A model generated the notes under the pieces. That model was not told the origin of the DNA and did not search any database. It was given only the letters and a program-made list of their open reading frames with translations. Made by a program: the position numbers and the translations under genes. DNA of 64,000 bases from an uncultured Acidimicrobiaceae bacterium (GTDB lineage: Bacteria > Actinomycetota > Acidimicrobiia > Acidimicrobiales > RAAP-2), in NCBI GenBank assembly GCA_963737805.1, contig CAVTUE010000005.1, positions 4,139 through 68,138 on the forward strand, in the 5' to 3' direction. Shown one piece after another: positions 58,104 through 64,000 of this stretch. Numbering within the stretch: position 1 is the stretch's first letter; the number at the start of each line of letters is the position of its first letter.

Positions 58104-60219
58104 ATGACGGACGAGGACGACGAGCTCTTCGACGAGCCCGACGGTCTCGACGAGCTCGATGTCTTCGGCTCCTCCGGAGGGAGCGAAGCCGATGCCCGCC
58201 AGGCCGGCGACGACGGGGTCGACGGGCTGGACAAGATCACGGCGGAGATGTCCGGCGGGGAGCACCGCCCAGAACAACAGGAGATGTGCCGCGCCGTGGC
58301 CGAGGCGATGGTCACCGGGACCCACCTCGTCGTCCAGGCCGGGACCGGGACCGGGAAGTCGCTCGCCTACCTCGTCCCGGCGGCGCTGAGCGGCAAGAAG
58401 GTGGTCGTGGCCACCGCGACGAAGGCGCTGCAGGACCAGCTGGCCGAGAAGGACCTGCCCCTGGTCGATGCAGGGTTGGGGCGGCCAGGGCCACTGGACT
58501 TCGCCGTGCTCAAGGGGCGCAGCAACTACGTCTGTCGCCAACGGGTGGCCGAAGTGGGCTCGGGTGGGATCCAGGCGGAGCTCGGCGATCAGGGCGGCCG
58601 GGCCGACGAGCCGGAGCAGGTCGAGGAGACCGAGAACCCGGCGCGTGACGGGACGCCGCCCGGGGGCATCGTCGAGGAGGTGCGACAGCTGGTGGCGTGG
58701 TCGCACAGGTCGAAGAGTGGTGACCGGGCCGACCTGAGCTTCGAGCCCTCCGCCCGGGCCTGGAACATGGTCAGCGTCGGCCCGCGGGAGTGCCCGGGCG
58801 CCTACAACTGCCCGTCGGGAGGGCGCTGCTTCGCCGAGGCCGCCCGCGAGCGGGCATCGGTGGCCGACATCGTGGTGGTCAACACGCACCTCTACGGGGC
58901 CCATCTGGCCAGCGGCGGCGTGGTGTTGCCCGAGCACGACGTGGTCGTATTCGACGAGGCCCACGAGCTCGAGGAAGTCATGACGTCCAGCCTGGGCGTC
59001 GAGGTGACGCCGGGCCGCTTCCGCTCGCTCGTGACCTCCGCCCGACCGCTGGTCGAGGCCCGCGACGCCGACCTGCTCGACTCGCTGGCCGCGGTGGGCG
59101 ACCAGCTCGGCACACTCCTGGCGGATCGGGTCGGGGACGCGCGTCTTGCACGACGACGCCCGGCCGCCCGTGGACGATCGGGAGCTGGCCGAGTTGCTCG
59201 CCCGCGCCGCCGAGCTCAGCCGGCGCGTCACCGACGCGCTGCGGCGCGGTGGGGCGCAGCGCTCCTTCCTCTCCGAGGACGGCGCGTCCGAGCCCGATCC
59301 CGACCGAGCCAGCCGCAAGACCCGCACCCTGCAGGCCGCCGTGCACATGGCGGAGGACCTGCACCGGTTCGAGACGCGCGGCGACGGGGAGGTCGCCTGG
59401 GTGGACGGGACGCGCCGCAACGTCAGGCTCCGCCTCTCCCCCATCGACGTCGGACCGGTGCTCGCGGGGATGCTCTGGGGCGAGGTCACCTCGGTGCTGA
59501 CGAGCGCCACCATCCCCCCGCGGATCGTGGAGCGCGTTGGACTCGAGGCGTTCCCCACCGAAGAGCTCAATGTGGGCAGCCCCTTCGACTACCGCTCCCA
59601 CGCACTGCTCTACGTCGCCCGCCATCTGCCCGACCGCCGTGCCGCAGGGGCCGAAGAGGCCCTGCACGAGGAGCTCTCCCAACTGCTGGAGGCGGCCGGC
59701 GGCCGTACGCTGGCGCTCTTCACGAGCAAGCGAGCCACCGAGGCAGCAGCCGAAGCGCTCGCGCCGGAACTCCCGTACACCCTGCTGCTACAGGGCGATC
59801 TCCCGAAGAGCCGGCTGCTCGAGCAGTTCGCGTCAGACGAGACGTCCTGCCTGTTCGCCACCATGGGCTTCTGGCAGGGCGTGGACATCCCCGGCCGGGC
59901 CCTCTCGCTCGTGACGATCGACAAGCTGCCTTTCCCGCGACCCGACGACCCGCTGCTCCAGGCGCGCCGGGACCGGGCCGGTGGGCGCGCTTTCTCCCTG
60001 GTCGATCTGCCGCGGGCGGCCACGCTGCTGGCACAGGGCTCAGGTCGGCTCATCCGCAACGCGGAGGACCGGGGGGTCGTCGCCGTGCTCGACCCCCGCC
60101 TGGCCACCGCGTCGTACCGCGGCGTCCTCCTGGCGACGCTGCCCCCGATGCGGCGGTCCGTCGACATCCATGAGGTGGAGTCGTTCCTCCGACGGGCGCT
60201 CGAGGAGGAGAGCGGGTAG
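58104..60219 (+). CDS. dinG: ATP-dependent DNA helicase, DinG/XPD-like (frame change near 59140)
   Basis: It starts MTDEDDELF. Motifs are Walker A AGTGTGKSLAYL, a Cys cluster (CRQ...C.GAYNC...C), DEAH box VVFDEAHELEE, and in the second frame FTSKRA, GFWQGVDIPG and QGSGRLIR. Confidence 0.88.
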
Positions 60220-60245
60220 GCCAGGTATCGCCGGCAAGCGCCGGG

Positions 60246-60647
60246 TCAGTCGGTGAAGTCGAAGACGAGGTCGCCCGCCTTGTTGCGAGTTCCCTCAGTG
60301 GAAACCCGCATGACCCACCGGCCCGCCACTCGGCGCAACTGGCTTCTGTTGAGCGTGTAGGCGCGTTCGTTGGAACGCACGTCGCACTCCAGGAGCCCGG
60401 CCTCGGTAAGGATCCGAAGGTGGCGCGAGACGGCTTGCCACGGGAGCGGGAATCGGCGGGCGATGTCATGGGAACTCAAGAACCCGCCATGGTCGTGGAG
60501 CACAGCGAGGATGCCGCGTCGGATCTCATTCGCCAACGCTTTGAAGACCAGGTCCAGCGTCTCGGGATCGGCGACATCGCGGAGGGTCGGCGGATCGGTC
60601 CGTCCCACTCTGAAGGCGGCGACGCGGGTTCGGGCGGCGGGGGGCAT
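60246..60647 (-). CDS. ArsR/SmtB-family transcriptional regulator (no obvious metal-binding Cys motif)
   Basis: Intact 133-aa ORF reading LVFKALANEIRRGILAVLHDHGGFLSSHDIARRFPLPWQAVSRHLRILTEAGLL. Confidence 0.85.
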   Translation of the reverse strand: MPPAARTRVAAFRVGRTDPPTLRDVADPETLDLVFKALANEIRRGILAVLHDHGGFLSSHDIARRFPLPWQAVSRHLRILTEAGLLECDVRSNERAYTLNRSQLRRVAGRWVMRVSTEGTRNKAGDLVFDFTD

Positions 60648-60654
60648 TTCTGAA

Positions 60655-60678
60655 ACTATAATCGGTTCTGCTTATACT
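60655..60678 (-). promoter_or_regulatory. 24-nt AT-rich imperfect palindrome overlapping a -10-like TATAGT, 7 nt upstream of the ArsR-family ATG (candidate operator and leaderless promoter)
   Basis: The plus strand reads ACTATAATCGGTTCTGCTTATACT. The minus strand reads AGTATAAGCAGAACCGATTATAGT-ttcagaa-ATG. A close copy lies at 6087-6110. Confidence 0.5.
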
Positions 60679-60741
60679 TCTGAAGGGGGCCGTCTCAAGG
60701 GGTCATCGCAGCGTGCCGGTCCGGAGTGACTCCGGCCTGGG

Positions 60742-61717
60742 TCAGAAGCCAAGGCGGTTGAGCATCTCGTCCCGGTTCTGCCAATGGCGCTCGACCTTGA
60801 CGTGGAGGTCGAGGTAGGTGCCCTCGGGCAACTCCTCGCGCACGGCGATGCCGACGGCCTTGAGGACTTCGCCCCCTTTGCCGATGACGATCGCCTTCTG
60901 GGAGTCGCGCTCGACGATGATCTCGACGCGGATATGCGGCCACTCCCATTCGGTCACCCGACAGGTGATCGCATGGGGAAGCTCGTCCCGGGTCTTGGCC
61001 AGCAACTGCTCTCGCACGAGCTCGGCCACCCAGAGCGCTTCGGGCGTGTCGGTGACGACATCGGGTGGGAAGAAGGGCGGGCCTTCGGGCAGCCGGGCGA
61101 TCAGGTGGGACATCAGCCCATCCACGCCCTTGCCGGAACGGGCGGAGACCGGGAAGTACTCGACGTCGGCCAGCTCGGCCGGTGCGGTGAGCGCGTCAAC
61201 CGCCGCCTTGGCCTGGGTCAGTCGTTCCATCACCTGGGCGTTCTTGGCCTTGTCGACCTTGTTGACGACGACGATCAGGCCCGGCGGTGCCTCACTCTCT
61301 GGGTCGGCGTCGTCGGGGTCGTCGGGGTCGTCGCGTTCGACGTCCGCGGGACCTGGCCGCGGCCGTCGTGACCCGTTGCACCTGACGCACCGAGCGCTCC
61401 AGCACGGTCCGGTCCCCGGGACCGATGGCCGCCGTCCCGTCGACGATCACCAAGATCACGTCGACGTCGTTCAGCGCGTCGGTGGCGGTCTCGTTGAGCC
61501 GGGTTCCCAACATGCTGCGCGGACGATGGATGCCCGGTGTGTCGACGAAAACCACCTGGGCGTCGGCCGCTGGGTCGTGCAGGACACCGAGTATCCGGTG
61601 CCGTGTCGTGTTCGGCCGCGACGAGGTGATCGCCACCTTCGTCCCGACCATGGCGTTCACGAGTGTCGACTTGCCGACATTGGGGCGGCCGACCACGGCC
61701 ACGAAGCCCGAGCGCAT
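60742..61717 (-). CDS. era: GTPase Era (frame change near 61380; carries an acidic insert)
   Basis: It reads MRSGFVAVVGRPNVGKSTLVNAMVG (G1), FVDTPG (G3), VVVNKVD (G4), and a KH domain (ITCRVTEWEW...IVIGKGGEVLKAVG). Confidence 0.9.
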
Positions 61718-61722
61718 CGTCC

Positions 61723-63108
61723 TCAGTTCCCGTTGTGTGAAGCGCTGCCGGCGTCGTTGCCGTTGCCCCGGTGGTCGGGGCCGCGATCGGCATCGGCATC
61801 GGCATCGGTCGGTGTGCCGGTGGGCTCTATGCGGACACGTCCGATGCGTCGCCCGCGGACGTCGAGGGCGGTGAGGCGGAAGCCCTTCACCTCGACAGAG
61901 TCGCCCGGATCCGGGACCCGCCCAACCAGGTCCAGCATCAGTCCGCCGACGGTGTCCCAGGGACCCTGTGGGAGCTCCGCTCCCAGAAGCACGTCGGCGT
62001 CGTCCACAGAGTACAACGCGCTCACCAGCACCGAGCCGTCCGCGCAGCGCTCCATGGTCGGCTCCTCCACGTCGAACTCGTCCACGATGTCGCCAACGAG
62101 CTCCTCGAGGAGGTCCTCGAGCGTGACCAGACCCGCCGTGCCGCCGTACTCGTCGACGACGATCGCCATGTGGAACTTCTCCTCCTGCATCTCGCGGAGG
62201 AGATCCGAGACCTCTTTGGACTCGGGGATGAACTTGGCCGGGCGCATGCTGTCGCGCACCGCCTGCCCGGCCTTGCCCACTCTTTCCGCGCGCACGAGGT
62301 CCTTGGCGTATGCGATGCCGATGATGTCGTCGATCCCGTCCGCCTCGACGGGTATCCGGCTGTACCCGGCGCCGAGAGCCGCCTCGAGCGCGTCGCGGAC
62401 CGTCACGTCGGCTTCGACCGTCACCATGTCGGGACGCGGTGTCATCACCTCACGGGTGACCGTGTCGCCGAAATCGATGATGGAGTGGATGAACGTCCGC
62501 TCGTCATGCTCGATCACGTTCTCTTCGTGCGCGACGTCGGCCATCGCCTTCAGCTCCGAGTCGGTGATGTACGAGCGCTCGAACCCCTCCCCGGCTTCCC
62601 CGCCGGCGCCGATGATCCGGTTGGCCAGACCTATGAGGATGGCCGAGATCCAGCGGATCGGCGGGAATCGGATGAGCGTGCTGACGAGAGGCGCACTGAG
62701 CAGGGCGGCCCGGTCCGCGTGCTGCACAGCCCAGTTCTTCGGGACCGCCTCGAAGAACACGAAGATGACGACAATCTCGAACACGATGCCGAGTGAGACG
62801 CCCAGGCCGCCGAAGAGGTGCTCGGCGACGATGCCGACCAGGGTGGCGGAGATCAACTGGCACATCAGCACCAGCAGCAATATGGGATTGAGGAAGTTGG
62901 CCGGGTTCTCGACCAACCGGGCCAGCTGACGGGCCCCGCGCTTCTTCTCGTCCACCAGCGACTTGGCCTTGATCCGGTTCATCCGCACGAGGCTGGTCTC
63001 GGCCATGGCCAGAACCCCCGACGCCGCGAGCAGGACGGCGATGATGACGATGAGGATGCCGTCTTCGACGTGAAACCCCGATGCCGCCAGGAGCGTGGGC
63101 ACGCTCAC
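61723..63108 (-). CDS. Hemolysin-family / CNNM-type protein (DUF21, CBS pair and CorC_HlyC domains)
   Basis: Intact 461-aa ORF with N-terminal helices, CBS-region motifs (VMTPRPDMV, YSRIPV) and a C-terminal transporter-associated domain. Confidence 0.88.
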   Translation of the reverse strand: MSVPTLLAASGFHVEDGILIVIIAVLLAASGVLAMAETSLVRMNRIKAKSLVDEKKRGARQLARLVENPANFLNPILLLVLMCQLISATLVGIVAEHLFGGLGVSLGIVFEIVVIFVFFEAVPKNWAVQHADRAALLSAPLVSTLIRFPPIRWISAILIGLANRIIGAGGEAGEGFERSYITDSELKAMADVAHEENVIEHDERTFIHSIIDFGDTVTREVMTPRPDMVTVEADVTVRDALEAALGAGYSRIPVEADGIDDIIGIAYAKDLVRAERVGKAGQAVRDSMRPAKFIPESKEVSDLLREMQEEKFHMAIVVDEYGGTAGLVTLEDLLEELVGDIVDEFDVEEPTMERCADGSVLVSALYSVDDADVLLGAELPQGPWDTVGGLMLDLVGRVPDPGDSVEVKGFRLTALDVRGRRIGRVRIEPTGTPTDADADADRGPDHRGNGNDAGSASHNGN

Positions 63109-63614
63109 GCCCCGTGGTCGACCCGGTGGAAGCGAGTGAGCAGCTGCTGCTCCACCGCCTCCATCCGTTCGGCCTGCGCCTCGTTCTCGTGGTCCATGCC
63201 GAGCAGGTGCAACAGCCCGTGAACGACGAGAAGCGCCACCTCGTCCTCGAAGGACACCTCGTGCTCTACCGCGTTGCGTGCCGCGACGACGGGGCAGATG
63301 ACCACGTCACCGAGCAGAGTGAGGATGCCTTGCTCGGCCGAGCTTCCGGGTCCGCTACCGCCGAAGTCCGGGAACCGGCCGGTCGGCCCGGCCTCGTCCT
63401 CGATTGGGAAGGACAGCACGTCGGTCGGTCCCGTCTTGCCCAGGAACTGCTCGTTGAGCGCGGCGCTGGTGTCCTCGTCGACGAAGAGGAGCGAGACCTC
63501 GGTCTCGCCTTTCACGCCGCGCGCCTGCAGCACCTGGCGCGCCAGTCCCGCCCATCGAGCGACGTCCATCTGATGAACCTGCTGCTCGTCGGCCGCAAAG
63601 ACGTCGATCGTCAC
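63105..63614 (-). CDS. ybeY: rRNA maturation endoribonuclease YbeY
   Basis: Intact 169-aa ORF with the zinc motif [11 protein letters not shown]. It overlaps both neighbouring genes by 4 nt. Confidence 0.9.
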   Translation of the reverse strand: MTIDVFAADEQQVHQMDVARWAGLARQVLQARGVKGETEVSLLFVDEDTSAALNEQFLGKTGPTDVLSFPIEDEAGPTGRFPDFGGSGPGSSAEQGILTLLGDVVICPVVAARNAVEHEVSFEDEVALLVVHGLLHLLGMDHENEAQAERMEAVEQQLLTRFHRVDHGA

Positions 63615-64000
63615 TGCGTGGAACCCGCCCGCCCTTCTGCCACCTCGTAGGCGTCGACGATGTCAGCCACGATCTTGTGGCGGACGACGTCCCGGCGGCT
63701 CAGGTGGACGAACGAGATGTCGTCGATCCCCCCCAGCACCGGCTCCAGGCCGACCAGTCCCGAGCGGCCTCCCGGCACGTCGATCTGGGTCACGTCACCG
63801 GTGACCACGCACTTGGAGCCGAACCCGATCCGGGTCAGGAACATCTTCATCTGCTCGGGAGTGGTGTTCTGGGCCTCGTCGAGGATGATGAACGAGCTGT
63901 TGAGCGTCCGACCCCGCATGAAGGCGAGGGGTGCGACCTCGATGGTGCCACGGTCGAGGAGTCGTTGTGCGCCCTCGGGCTCGAGCAGGTCGTACAAAGC
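63611..64000 (-). CDS. phoH: PhoH-family ATPase (C-terminal part; the gene continues past the window end)
   Basis: It reads [40 protein letters not shown]...VRHKIV. The stop overlaps the ybeY start. Confidence 0.88.
   Translation of the reverse strand, partial: ALYDLLEPEGAQRLLDRGTIEVAPLAFMRGRTLNSSFIILDEAQNTTPEQMKMFLTRIGFGSKCVVTGDVTQIDVPGGRSGLVGLEPVLGGIDDISFVHLSRRDVVRHKIVADIVDAYEVAEGRAGSTQ

Overview
This is a high-GC, actinobacterial-type chromosomal window with about 60 genes. The housekeeping backbone includes lon, a sugar ABC importer, the sulfate importer sbp-cysTWA, dnaG-rpoD followed by tRNA-Asn, ppdK, glyQS-hemW-recO, uppS, dinG and phoH-ybeY-corC-era. There are also two c-di-GMP signalling proteins, MarR and ArsR regulators, a MenJ/MenG-like reductase and methyltransferase pair, a GH92 mannosidase, a Tat-signal phospholipase C and an NHL-repeat protein. 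About 27 genes can only be read by changing reading frame one or more times, and these include the essential rpoD, dnaG, glyQS and era. I therefore treat the window as an indel-rich assembly rather than a set of true pseudogenes. Coordinates for those genes are whole-gene spans worked out by hand, not clean ORFs. The most unusual region is a 1.4-kb gene-free, visibly lower-GC gap at 22.84-24.25 kb. It holds five direct repeats phased at about 20 bp, followed by seven tandem 96-bp units, each carrying a perfect Shine-Dalgarno sequence and an identical 10-codon mini-ORF. Other notable items: a 24-nt AT-rich palindrome with a leaderless-promoter layout occurs twice, once in front of the ArsR gene and once as an orphan copy 54 kb away. 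A duplicated 3' half of tRNA-Asn brackets a 2-kb insert with no integrase. A lower-GC insertion truncates a DUF35 gene. A truncated IS1380-type transposase abuts a stop codon. One GGDEF protein has a degenerate active site but an intact I-site. No BLAST, Rfam or HMM searches were possible, so all family calls come from motif recognition.
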